The notes below the pieces were generated by a model that had not been told where the DNA came from, searched no databases, and worked only from the letters and a program-made list of their open reading frames with translations. From Lama glama (Eukaryota), in NCBI GenBank assembly GCA_028534125.1, contig CM052834.1, forward strand, positions 186,001-250,000: DNA of 64,000 bases, in the 5' to 3' direction. Position numbers and translations under genes: made by a program. Shown piece after piece: positions 34,772-46,770 of this stretch; position 1 is the stretch's first letter, and every line of letters begins with the position of its first letter.

Positions 34772-36789
34772 GTAACGTAACCCCGCTCCCCCCTACTGCC
34801 TCCCAGGGCTCGTAGCAACACTCGTCCAAAGGGACCCGAAACCAGCTCTCTGCCCTCCCTCCTCTGACACTTGGTAGCCCTGTTAGGAAGCTCCAGAGCA
34901 TGTGGCCGTTCCTCACGAGGTACAGTATCCCTGTGACTGTCCTGGGAGGACGGGGAACGGGGCAAACCAGCTCCTGCTCTGAGGGCCTCTGGGGCCGCAG
35001 CAGGCATCCCACGACACTGGGCCACCACTTGTGGTCGGGCTTTGAGCCCACGTGACCAGCCCCCCGCCGTGCGGCAGTGGCTTGTGCTGGTGGAGTCAAG
35101 GAATACTGTCCTTACAGAGACTGGTCTGCACAGACGCCCCAGTTCTCTCCAAAACAACCACTGAAAGCAACTTCTCTGCCCTGTGTCTTGCCGAGTGTGT
35201 GTTTTCTTTAAGTTTGTCTGGTTTGCAGTCTGTTGTGGTGACAAGATTGTCATTGGTTGACAAGGCATGTGGGCCGGGGATGGGAGTGTGCCCCAGCTAC
35301 ACTGCTAACCTTCCTCTGCTCTCCCCGGCGCTCACCTCTGACTCTCCCCCCACTCCCCTGCATCCATGCAACCGCCTCTTCAGAGCCTGCTGCCCTGGAG
35401 CCGTGGGGGTGTCCTTGTGCTGGGGCAGCAGGAGGGAGGGAGGCTTCCCAGGGCCTGGAGGGCTTGCATGCCTCGGAGCTCCAGCCTCCATACCCCGTGG
35501 CTCGCTGTGCAGAGATGCTCAGAAAGGAGTGTGTGAAGCTGAACACAGCTGCTCTGAAGCCAGAGAGCTGAGCCTGCTGGGCCTGACACCCCGCAGGGGC
35601 GGGCCCGATGGGCCAGGGCTCCGGGCAGCTCAGTGCAGGCACAGCCCCTGCTCGTGCGAATGCTGTTCAGTCCTGCCTCCCTGAGCGTGGCCGCATGTGC
35701 CAGGCACACGGCACCCAGGAAGTCGGTAGGAGGTCAGGGTCCCTGAGAGTTGCCCGTGTGTTTCTGGGTTTGGCTTTCCTGGGAGAGAACTTCTGACCAG
35801 TGACCCACAGAACATAGGCAGCTGGGGAGAGCTCTCAGCCTGGCCGTGGGGAGGCCTGCGAACCCCTGTGTACACTTGTTGGATGTGTTCATGTGCATTT
35901 TCTAGGAAGAGAGTCCCCAGGCTTCCTGAGAGTGTCAGGTGGCTTGTAACCCTAAAACAGCAAGGAGCCCCTGGCAGCCTGCCTTCCGCCTTTGGTTAAG
36001 ACTGCACTACAGCCATAGGCTTCCGTGTCCCCTCTGTGGGGTGTGGCTCCTTGGAAGGTTCCCCCTTCCCTCCTCCGGCTGCAGCTGAGCCCAGCAGGGT
36101 CAGGCTGCTCCCAGTGGAGGCTTGGGTATCAGCCGACCGCGGGCGGCACCGACCCCAGAAGCTGCTGCTGGGCCTGGATTAAAGCAGGGAGCCCGTGGTC
36201 TCCCCGCCCTGGTGAGAGTCCCTGGTGACGGCTCCCTGGGATGGACTGCGTCTGCCCTGCAGGGGTCGCTGGGAGCATTGTCAGGAGGCCAGAAGGGCAC
36301 TGATGGAGAGAGGTAGCCTCTGGTCAGAGTGTGAGGTGAGGAGGCCTCGGCGCAGCGGCCCTGAGCAGTCAGAGCCCAGCACAGGCTGGCAAGTGTCCCC
36401 AGGAGGAAGGCGAGTTTGTTTCCTCTTCATTAGACTGGTCTCCTCAAAGCAGACCTGGTGCCCAGCAAGTACCAAGTACACACCAGACGAATGAGAAGGG
36501 GAGCAGAGCACTTAAAACGGACCCCGAGGAAGCGGTCAAGCAGGAGAGGGGTCCAGGCGAGCTGCGGCCAATTGCCGAGGGGTGAGGGCCGGGCCGGGAG
36601 GACAGAGGAAGGCGCAGGCGTGTCTGGCCCTGGGGACGTGGTGCCCTGGTGGCCGTCGGCAAACCGTGGGCCTGGCCTGGGAGCGTCTGACTGATCCCGC
36701 TGGGCCCTCTGCACGTTTGCCCCAGTGTGAGGGTTCCTGCGGCGGGGGAACAGCAGGCACCGCTGGCCCAACACGCCCTCTCTTGGCAG

Positions 36790-36889
36790 GCATGGGCAAG
36801 AAGGACGATCCCAAGCTCATGCAGGAGTGGTTCACGCTGGTGCAGGAGAAGAACGCGCTGGTGCGCTACGAGTCGGAGCTGATGATCTT
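36790..36889 (+). CDS. MICAL3: MICAL3 bMERB exon (GMGKKDDPKLMQEWFTLVQEKNALVRYESELMI), phase 1->2
   Basis: CAG acceptor, TT|GTGAGT donor; bMERB signature LMQEWFxLVxEKNALVR. Confidence 0.97.
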
Positions 36890-37069
36890 GTGAGTGGCCA
36901 GTCCCGGCAGGAGCTTCTTAGTTCAGGGACAAGGGCCTTGGGTGGAGGGTGCTGGGGGGCCGTCAGCTCAGGGCTGGTTCCAGCAGGAGTGCAGACCCTT
37001 CCTAGTTCAGGGGATGAGGAGGTGTGTCCCCCAGTCACTTGCTTGTCCCCCCACCCCCCGAAACCCCAG

Positions 37070-37143
37070 TGCCCGGGAGCTGGAGCTGGAGGACCGGCAG
37101 AGCCGCCTGCAGCAGGAACTCCGCGAGCGGATGGCCGTGGAAG
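37070..37143 (+). CDS. MICAL3: MICAL3 bMERB exon (FARELELEDRQSRLQQELRERMAVE), phase 2->1
   Basis: CAG acceptor, AAG|GTAAGA donor; followed by a 74-nt intron. Confidence 0.97.
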
Positions 37144-37217
37144 GTAAGAGGGGATGGGAGGCCGGGGTGGGCCGCTGCCTTTGGCCCTACAGGCCTGACG
37201 TGTTTGGTTCCACCCAG

Positions 37218-37402
37218 ATCACCTGAAGACGGAGGAGGAGCTGTTGGAGGAGAAGAGGATCCTGAACGAGATGCTGGAGGTGGTGGAGCAGAGAGATGCC
37301 CTCGTGGCCCTGCTGGAGGAGCAGCGGCTCCGGGAGAAGGAGGAGGACAAGGACCTGGAGGCCGCCATGCTGTCCAAGGGCTTCAGCCTGAACTGGTCCT
37401 GA
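37218..37402 (+). CDS. MICAL3: MICAL3 last coding exon (DHLKTEEELLEEKRILNEMLEVVEQRDALVALLEEQRLREKEEDKDLEAAMLSKGFSLNWS*)
   Basis: CAG acceptor, TGA 37400-37402; C-terminus KGFSLNWS is that of MICAL3; the 13 exons sum to 3281 nt, +1 upstream nt = 1094 codons including stop. Confidence 0.98.
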
Positions 37403-39785
37403 GTGCCGCCCAGGCCTTGGCTGGTCTGTGCATCCACCTGACCCAGGCTGGGTTCTCCCAAGGTCCAAGAAGGCCTGGCGCCTCCTGGGAGTTTGCACTC
37501 AAGTGTCTGTGTGCCTCTGAGAAGCAGTCAAGCGTCCGTGCTGTGGGGCGCCCCAGGTGAAGACGGTTGTCTGGGTGGCTCAGCCTCCTTGGGAGAGGCC
37601 ACCTAGACCTCGCGCTCTGGAGAGAGGAGCAGGGAGCGTGCGACGTGGGTGTGGGGAGGGAAACCTGAGTCCTCGGCAGGGCGCCGGTGAGGACACGGGG
37701 ACCCCACAGGCGTGTCTGGCGGCAGGACGTGGCTCCTCCTGCTCCCAAGGCACTAACCAGAAGCGAGGCGTGACGGGGCCCTGGGGGAGTGGCCGTGGCG
37801 GGGAAGCCGAGGCTGGGCTTGCTCCGGCTCCAGATTCGTCACACGGTCAGGAGGCCCAGTGGCCTGAGGCCTGAGGCTGCTGCAATTTGCTTTTAGTTCA
37901 CAACACTGGAAAATAATGCCTTTGGGGGCGAGACGGCCCTGAGTCCCCGGCCCTGCGGTCGGACAGGCTTGTCCTGGGCGCCTCACTTTGGGTGAAGGCT
38001 CTGCTCCTCCCTTCATTGTTCCTGTGTTTGCACCGAATGAAGCTGACAGCCTGGCGAGACGCACGGTAGCTTCATATCCTCTCTGTCAATTAACTTATTT
38101 TTTCAGTACTTGAAGCAACTTCATTTTTGTATCTTTACCAGAGACACTGGTGGCCTGGCACCTGGGGTGGTGGTACAGAGGTGTGTCCCCACCGACCGAG
38201 CTGGTCACTCTATTTATTCCCCTCCTCCGTAGTGTTGCTGCCCCGGAGGCCTCGGGTCAGCTGAGACCCCCATGTGGGTCCCGGCACCCGCTGCCTGTCC
38301 TCCACCCGGCGCCTGACGTCTGCGTCTGCACCGCTTGCTCGTCAAGGACACATTTCAGCACCTTGGGAGCCAGGCCGCACAGCTCAGGTGCCATCGGCCC
38401 TCCCTGTTGAAATCCTGGCTCTGCAAAACCCACTTTTTCTCCTCAGTTTTGGTGCCAAGGTTTCACCTCCCACAACTCTTACTAAAGGAAGTTCTAGGCT
38501 GGCTGTACCAGCAGGTGTGGGACCCTGCTCGGACCCACCTAGTGGAGATGCGCTGTTGCGGCATGGGAAGGGCTCTGGCCTGAGCCCTGCACACACATCC
38601 TGGGGGCACCACGGAGCCGGCTTCTGCCGTGGGTCAGCCAGGGACCAGCTGTGTCCAGCTCACAGCCGCTGTCAGAATCCACGGGGCTGTGCTTGCCGCA
38701 GAGCAGGAGCGCACGTCCAGCCAGGAGCGTTCCCATCAGTGCCAGGCCAGCGTGAGGCCCTCCAGCCAAGTCCTGGTGGGGAAGAGAGGCTTCATGGCCG
38801 GACAGGTGGGGCATCCACAGGAACCACCGCGTGCCTCAGCTTAAAGTCATTCTCACCGCAGAGGAGCAGAAAGCTGTCTTCTTTGCTTCGTCCAAAGCCA
38901 CCACGCTCTCCTGTGGAATCCAGGAGACGTGCTGCCCCAGCCACCACAGTGCTGACCTGGCCTCCTCACTGCCCACTCTCTGAGTGAGGGGATAGGTCTC
39001 CAGTTTCAGTCTCTGTTCTTAAAGGGGGACCGGAGGGTGGTCTAGATTCCATCTTTAAGCCCCGATTCATCGCCCGTGTGGCCTTTGCCTGACCTTCCGC
39101 CCACCTAGCAGGTGCTTCGTGCCTGCTGGGCCCGTCCCTCGCAGTCCCTGCCCACCCGGGATGAGGACGGGTTTACAGAGTGGCTGCAAGAGACGCTGGA
39201 TCCAGCTGTGAGGCCTGATGCAGCAGGAGCACCAGGTGCTGGGCCCGCCCTTGCTGCCAGCCAGTGCCCTAGCCAGAGAAGCGTGTGGGGCCTGACGAGC
39301 TCAGCCAGCCCAGCCCCTGGCAGCGTGGCAACTGCAGGGTCTAGGAAGCACTTTTCCCAGTCTCCCATTTTGTAACCACTACTTGCAGGTCCTTTTCGTG
39401 CCCTGCTGACGTGCTGCATCAGTGTGTCTGACTCTGGACATGCACGCAGCCCTTCCCAAGAGCCAGGTCCCCTTGAAGGCCGGGCGGCAGGCTCTCTGTG
39501 AAACGCCAGTGTGTGAGCCCAAGCCCCAGGCCAGGGCAGGGCCACCAGGTTCAGGTCCGGCTGAGGGGCAGCCCTGCTCAGATGGCGTCCTCTGGCCTCT
39601 GCCCCTAGAGCTGTCCTCCAGCTGTCCTTGACCAGCAACGAGACACTATCTTTTCAAAAGAGCAGGGATTTTTTTAGTGGGGCAGAACATGGAGAGTTTA
39701 AAGAAAAAGATTAAAGGTGGTAACAACTAATCTACAAAGGGAAATGGGCCATTTTGTGCACAATAAAAGTTTTTGAAAGAAAGCG
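37403..39785 (+). other. MICAL3: MICAL3 3' UTR (about 2.4 kb; 3' end approximate)
   Basis: Runs from the stop codon to the first AATAAA I found, which lies in an AT-rich island. Confidence 0.7.
39762..39767 (+). terminator. MICAL3 polyadenylation signal
   Basis: AATAAA with T-rich downstream element (GTCATTTTTCT, about 39796-39806). Confidence 0.75.
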
Positions 39786-42700
39786 TAATTCTTAAGTCAT
39801 TTTTCTGGACTTGGCAGTGAGCTCTCCGGTGGGAGGTGTCCCCACACAGTGGCACCTCAGCACACGTTTGTGTGTATGATTTTTAGCCACCTTTACCTTG
39901 TCCATGTTGTCCTGGCCTGGCCACCTGTGACCATCACCCGAGAGAGTGTCTGGAGCGACCCAGGTGGGCAGAGGCTGCTCTCCAAAGTGGCGCCAGGACC
40001 CTCTGGTCTTTGACGTGGCTCCTCCTCGCTGGGGGTCCAGCAGCCCTGGCAGCCTTCCCTGCCAGCGCTGCTCTGTCCTCAGGCCCACCAACCTGGGAGT
40101 ACAGTGCCGTGGTTGAGATGTGTCCGCCTCTCCTAGTACGTTCAGAGCACAGGGTCTTGGAGAGAGTGGAATTGTCCCTGAGAGGCTGCGGGGACAGTCC
40201 TGGGCTACTGTTGTGGCTCCTCTGCCCTCCCCGCTGTGCTGACCGTTAGGAGTGTGGCTGACCTGGCTATCACCCACAGAGCTGGTCCCCTCTGGGGCAG
40301 CAGGAAGAGGTCGGACAGTGACAGGTGGGGGTGAGCTGGCATGGAAGCCGGTTCCTGGAGCTTCTGGTCCCAGTTCCTGACGGATGGTCAGGGCCATGCC
40401 TGTAGGCCACGCCCGTCAAGGGCTCCAAATCCCTCCGGAACCTGCCCTCAGGGTCCCGCCCGGAGCCAGAGTGGAAACTGGGAGGGACAGAGGCTGCGGT
40501 TTCATTTCACTTCACAGCTCAGGAGACCCTCCCTGGGTGATGCAGTGAGGAGGGAAGAGATGTCCTCCTAGGTGGGCTGCGTCCTGCACCGTCCCCTCCC
40601 TGAGGTGGTCCCGCAGCTGCGGCTTGAAGCGGAGCTGCTGTGGGCCTGAGAAGGCACCTGTTACCGGGACAGATGCGAGGGAGACGCCCTGGGGGGACAG
40701 GAGCTCGCTCGCTTCTCCGTGCCCAGCACGGCCTTTTGGAACAGGGCGCGCATCTCGCTCTGAAGTAGGTTGGGTTCCAGCCTTTGGATCTGCTGGGACA
40801 GCTGTGGTGGTGGCCGAGGCCCAGGGCCAGGCAGGATCCTAGCTGAGGATCTTCTCGCAACAGAGGACAGTTGGACCGAGCGGTCTCTGCATCGGGCAGA
40901 GAGAGCACCCGCCAGGCCCGGGCCATGTCTGTGTCCACACAGGAGCCGCAGAGCTGGGGAGTGAGATGGCTCCTGACTCTCCCGAGAGGTCAGAAACCAG
41001 AGGATGGCGGGCTGGCTCCCTTGTGCCCAGGACAACTCGGGTGCGTCTGGTGAGCCCACAGAGCTGAACTTGTTTGTACTCGTCTTAAATACTGAGCTGA
41101 ATCCTCTGTTTCCTCCCAGGAACTTAATTTGCCGGGTACTGGCTGCTCTCCGCAGGCAGCGTTCCCGTGACTTTCAGATGGGCCTCCCTGAGGACAAAGG
41201 GCCCTCACCTGAGTGGGCACCCGGAAGGCCGGGCCCCATTCCTGGAAGGTGTGGAGAGCAGCCTGGGCCCTGCCAGGTCCTCCATGGGGAGAAGTTCAGA
41301 GAAACCTTGGGAGAAGACAGTTCCTGACACTGCCTGGGGAGGGGGCCGGGCAGCAGCCCAGGAGTAGATGCAGGACATGACCGTTCTGACTGTATTGCTA
41401 CAGGTGGGAGCCAGGGAGGGAGGGAGGCAGAGAGGTGTCTCCTCACGTGGCCAAAGTCAAGTGAGGTGCTAGATTTTTCTTCTCTGTGGTGTGGAAGACG
41501 GTCATTTTCCCCTGAATATGCAAATTCACAGCCTCAAGGCAGGGACGTGCCTCCAGCCATTTGGTGTCCATCAGGGCAAGGCTGCCGCGTCTGCCCCTCC
41601 CACTGCCCCCTTGCTTTGGCGGGAAGAAGTCTCCAGCAAGAGCAGCTACATACGGAAAGGGACGGGCAGCAGAAACACTGTCTTGTGCCGTCAGCTCTGC
41701 CCAGGCTGAGGGCAGCCCCTCCGCCAGTGCCTCGTCTCAGGAGGTGGACGCTGGAAGGAGAGAGTGCCTCTGCCGTGGAGAGGCAGGTGGGAGAGTGTGA
41801 GGGGTGAAAAGATGTCTGGACTCAGAACCCAGCCACGTGAGCGGGGCGGCCAATTTCAAGGAGCAGGAGGAGGACATGGGGGTTGATCCGGGATGAGGTC
41901 TCCGCAAGTCCGCTAGCAGAGGCACCTGGTGGCACCGCGTGGGGTGCAGCCCCCAAGGCCACCTGGGAAGTGGGCCTTCTGCTCCCACCAGGTCCAGAGC
42001 TGGAGGAGGGTGATAAATTTGGTGATTTTCAAAGCAAGTTCCCCCAGGCCTCTCCACCCCAACCCCACACTCTTCTCCCTGGCCCCAGGAGAAGACTGAG
42101 AGGCACAGACAGCTGTGGAACAGGCTGGGACAAAGCGGGAGGACTGCCTGGAGGGGACTCAGCCTTGGACCCTGGGCCTGGGTCTTCAGGTGGCTAATTG
42201 CTGAGCGTGATTTCAGCCAGCAGGAACGGTGGGGTGTGTGTGACCCCCCCCCAGGGTGTGGGTAGGGCCACAGCCTAAAACACTTCCCATCTCCCCCCCC
42301 CCCAGCCACTAGAGTGATCTCTCCACCCCTCCCTTTCCCCTAAGGCTCCCTGAAAGATGATCCCATGGGTCCTGTCCCCTCCCCAACCCTAACCCTAGGA
42401 GAAGCCACTTGAGCATGCAGTGAGTGCTGGACCAGGAATCTGATCTGGCTTCTGGCCCCAGCTTGGCTACTGCCTGTCTGGCCTATCTTGGACATGGCTT
42501 TCCACACCTGTTTCTACCCTTGCAATGGAAAATAACTCACTCTCTGCCCCATGAAGGGGTTGTAGGGCTGAAAATCGTTCACAGATTGTGTGCCTGTCCC
42601 TCTGTGGCCACTGGAGCCAAAAATGGGCTCCCCCTGAGGGTGACTCTGGGCCCTGCCCACAGCTGCGGTGCCAGGAAGTACACAGTTTTTGTGGGAGAGG

Positions 42701-43596
42701 GAGGGCGCCACAGACGGGACTGGATGTGGGGAAATGGGCCTGGGGCCATGGGCAAAGCCTTCAGGATTCAAACTCAGACATTAGTTCTTCCTTCCCTGCC
42801 AGTGTCCTACATGAGAGTCCCGCCCCTGCAGGCTCATAGTCGACCTGTGTGTCTCTGCAGAATTCTGGATACTGATTTATATGTGAAAGCCGCCCCCACT
42901 GCCGCACCATCCGGAGTCCCTCTGCTCTTCCCCCAGAGCCCATGCTGACTAGAGCCAGTTTTCTCAGGAGCCGGTCAGCCTTGTCCAAGTCACTGCTCTG
43001 GTTTTCTGGGTGGGGGCTTTCCTGCCTAATGTTGGCTCTTGGCCAGAGAAAAGTCCAGGGGAAAAGCTGAGGGGAACATGGGAAATCCCAGCCTCTCACC
43101 TGCTCTGAGCTCACCTAGGAAGGGCATAAGCTTTGCCCCTGGTCCCGGGTCCAGCCCTCTTTCTCTGCTTCTCCCTCAGGACTTGTTCTTTCTTCCTGTC
43201 TAGATTCTCCCTCCTGTCCTTCAAGGCCCAGAGCCCCGACTGTGTCTTGGTGGGAAAGCACCTTGGAGGGGCAAGCTGGTCCACCCTGCCAGGTGGATCC
43301 TTTCATTCTGGCAGACACGTCTCCAGGGCTGGGATCGCCCCTCCACGTCAGCCCTCCTTGGCTTCCCAGGCAGGCCCCTCTGACCGCAGCACCTCAACCC
43401 CATTGAATTCCCAAGGAGGCACCTACTAGGGGTGGGGGGGATTGGAGGGTCCTGAGGTGTTGGAAATAAGCTCTCCTGGCCTCTGTTGGTCTGACTGTTG
43501 GTCTAGAGTCGTGGGAGGGGGGCATGTCCCTGCTGCATGCATGGGGCTCTGCTGGACCTGCCCTCCGCCGGGCCTTCAGCAGGAACCGGTCCTGCT

Positions 43597-43742
43597 CTTT
43601 ACATATTTTGGGTGTTAATCCCTTGTCAGGTATGTGATTTGCAAATATGTTCTCCCCTTCCATAGGTGGCCTTTTTATTCTGTTGATGATTTCATTTGCT
43701 TTGTAGAAGCTTTTTAGTTTGACATAGTTCCATTTGTTGGCA
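43597..43742 (-). mobile_element. LINE-1 ORF2 C-terminal fragment
   Basis: Minus-strand peptide KWNYVKLKSFYKANEIINRIKRPPMEGENIFANHIPDKGL resembles L1 ORF2p. Confidence 0.88.
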
Positions 43743-44869
43743 ATGTTCCTAGCATCACTACTGTGATACGTGGGGCTGCATGGATTGGTGGGCAGACGTG
43801 CACTGTGGAGCAGGGAATGTGCTAGTGCTGCCGTAGACACAGCAGCCCTTCACAATCCAGGAGGCCTCTGGGCATGGAAAGTGAAATTATGGTCAGAGTC
43901 CTGTGCAAGAAGGCAGAGAAGCGTGTCATCTGTCGTCCAAATTTTAGCAATCAGGAGTGGTGAGAGTGAGAGGAAAGCTGGGTGGTACTGAGGTTGGAAG
44001 GATTACTGGTTATTTATATGCATTGGTTGGAAGTTAAGCTCCTCCTGACAAGACTGCAGTGAGAGCCTGGGAGCAGCTTTTTGGGGAGCATGGTTTGGCC
44101 TGGCTGGTCCATATACGGCACTAGCAATGCATTTGTGGTTCCAGAAATGAACTTACTGCTCTAGAGTGTGGTTGCCTTAGTGGGGTTGGTGGCTTTGCGG
44201 ACGGCCTCAGCTGCCAAGTGAGGAGGTCTCTACCTCAGTGCTGGCCTGGCCTGCGTCTTCCTTTGCGGGGATAGAGTGCTGAGCTCCCCCGATGGGTGGT
44301 TTGTTTTGTGATCTCAGACATCGTAAGAGTGTTGCCCTTTCACCAGTCACGCATTTATTGGAATGAACCTGATCTTGTTTGGAATATCTAGATTGTCCCT
44401 TTTGACACTTCCTTCAGAGCCAATTTAAGCTGCACATAAAACCCAGATATTTCATTTAAAGTTAGGTGTGAGATAAGGTTGGACTCCTCGAAGTGGAAAT
44501 TGGCAAGTTCCGTCCTTTCTTTGCAGAGTGGTGAAATCAGTCACTCCCTCTTTCTCTTTTATTTTGGCTGCCAGGAACCCTATTTAAAAGTATTTCTCGC
44601 TGTTTAATCACTTGGATATGCAGCTCTGATAAGAAATCAAGTTGGAGCATAGATAACACTGCCTAGATTTAAAAACTTCCATTATGTGATCTTTATTGCA
44701 ATAGTTTTAGTCATCGTAAAATTGGTGCCATAGTCATTTAAGAAAAATTGGAAAGTACAAAATGGAAAATCCCTGTGATTTTATTATTTTACAGTAAACA
44801 GGCGATAGTTTCTGGTTATATTTCCTCCCGGTCTTTTTCTTCTTTTTAAAATTCAGTTTCTATTTTCGA

Positions 44870-45960
44870 GTTCGAGTTCGCGTGCAACCTCCGCCCTGGT
44901 CCCCGGGTGTCCTCTCCCAGCGCCTCTGCCTCCGGGCACCTGCTAGGGGGCGTGGCCCGATCGGGAGTGGGCGTGGCAGGGCCCGGGGGGGGGCTGTGAC
45001 CGGAAGGGGCGGGCCCAGGACGGGGCGGAACTGGAGGAAGTAGGCGCGCGGCGGCTGCGCGCTTGACGCCTTGGAGACGCCGGCTTTTCCCGCCCGCGCC
45101 CGGCGCTGCGCGCGCCTCAGTCCCGCTGCCTCGCGTGTGAGTTCGGAGGTGAGTGCAGCCCCGCGCCCAGCGCCCCGGGTCCCCGCGCGTGCTCTTTCCC
45201 GCCGCCCCGTCCGCGTGAGGCGGCCGCGGTCCCGGGCCCAGGCACCCCCCCGGCTCTCACGGCCCTGAATACGCTGCCGGAGGCGGAAGTGGGTTGTTGA
45301 GTGACTTATTGGCCAGGGACCCTGGGAGGCCGGAGACCCTCGGCCACCAGGCCGCGTGCGGGGCTCGGTTCTTTGATCCAACGAACCAGTCGTGCGGCGC
45401 TGCCCGGGTCGCGGCGGTGGCGGCGAGGGGTGGGGCTGGGGGCCGGATGGCCCTCCCTGGGTCCTCACCGGGGGCCAGATGGCCCTCACCCGGGCGGTGG
45501 TCTTCACTGGGGAGTCCTCACTCGGGGGGGTGGTCCTCACCCCTGAGCCCCTTTCAGGCGACTCCCCCCGGGCCCTGCCCTTCCAGCGGGCCTCCCTCGG
45601 CGGCCTCTGTGCCGGGGCATGTGGTTTCCACTCCGCCGCCACCCTCGGGGGCGCAGACACGCTGGCGTGGGGGCCTCTCCTGGGCCTGGATCCCTGCCTT
45701 CTCGGGGCAGACCCTGAGCCAGGGCCCCCGAATCCTGGGACGGGTCTGTACTCGAGCTGGGCGGAGGGTGGGGGGGGTCCTTTGGCTTTAAAAGCTGAGG
45801 TGGCTCCAGGAAGGCGTTGCTGGGAAGAGGAGGAAGCGCCGGGGCTGGGGCTGCGCTCCTGCCGGAGGGAGGAGCGGCGGGGAGAGGGGCAGCATTTCGG
45901 CAGGGGTTCAAGGGCCAGCTTCCCTGCGCTCGGTGCCGGGCTGCCCGGGCCGGGTAGGGG
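44870..45960. promoter_or_regulatory. BID: BID CpG-island promoter with GC boxes and ETS sites
   Basis: Abrupt CpG-dense island after an AT-rich stretch; GGGCGTGGC twice (about 44948, 44969), ACCGGAAG 44999-45006, GGGGCGG about 45006 and 45022, GCGGAAGTG about 45283; no TATA box seen. Confidence 0.9.
45060..45148 (+). other. BID: BID non-coding first exon (TSS approximate)
   Basis: GAG|GTGAGT donor at 45149 just downstream of the GC/ETS cluster; a second GTGAGT lies 12 nt upstream at 45137. Confidence 0.65.
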
Positions 45961-46689
45961 GCTCTGAGGGACCGGGTGCTGTGTGGCAGGAATGGCAACT
46001 GTGATACACTGGGGTACAGGCTTTGGAGCGAAGAGCTGCGGGAACATGCTCTGGTTCGTGTGCGCTGTCTGGGGTGGACTCTGAAAGATGAATAGGAGCT
46101 TGCCAGCAGTGCAGGGCCCTCTGGGGGAGGTGCCCTGCTCCCTGGTCTTGCAGGGGGAAGCTCACAGCCTTAGCTGCCCTGGCGAGACTAATTGGAGGAA
46201 CCGAAGTCCACGCATTTGCTGGTGAAAATGGCCTGTCCCAGCCCTGAGAAGGAAGGGTGAGGGCACGGGGTGATGGGGCCTCCCAGGGCAGCAGTCCTGA
46301 CCAGGTAGAGGGCAGTGAGTGGTACTCTAGCTGTTCTGTTTCTGTCTTGTGCAAGGGGAGAGACGGGTTTGTGTCCTGATGGTGGACTGTGTGCATCTTG
46401 CTGGGGGTATCCAGGGACTCTGCCTCTTGCCGTGGCCACTGTAAGTGCTTCTGTGGCAGCACTTCTGGTGACCATTTGTCAGGCTGGAGATGTGGCAGCC
46501 TGGCGTGCCCCCCAGGCAAGCCCCCCACCCAAGTGGGCCTCCCTTTCATCTTGGCTGCCACCCTTGGCTGGCTCCCCAGAGACCACTGGCGGATCTGCAA
46601 AAGACAGCTAATTGAGGATGGTGACACAGCTCACTGCGTGGGGCACACGGGCAGAGCACTTTGTGTTTGGACAGAAGGTAATCAGTTAT

Positions 46690-46770
46690 CGTCCGTCCCT
46701 ACTTTTCGGATGGGGAAACTGAGGCTCGGGGTGGGGGGAGAGTAAGTAACTTGCCCAGGTTCACAGCGGA
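46690..46770 (+). mobile_element. MIR SINE core fragment
   Basis: TTTT.GGATGGGGAAACTGAGGCTC...AAGTAACTTGCCCAGGTTCACAGC. Confidence 0.75.

Noticed and set aside
42381-42397. Telomere-like CCCTAACCCTA
   Set aside because: Only about two units; expected by chance
43780-44350. Possible ancient LTR relic upstream of the BID promoter
   Set aside because: Too degenerate to assign by eye; needs RepeatMasker/Dfam
44860-46047. 395-aa minus-strand ORF over the BID CpG island
   Set aside because: Pro/Arg/Gly/Ala low-complexity product expected from stop-poor GC-rich DNA; no recognisable domain
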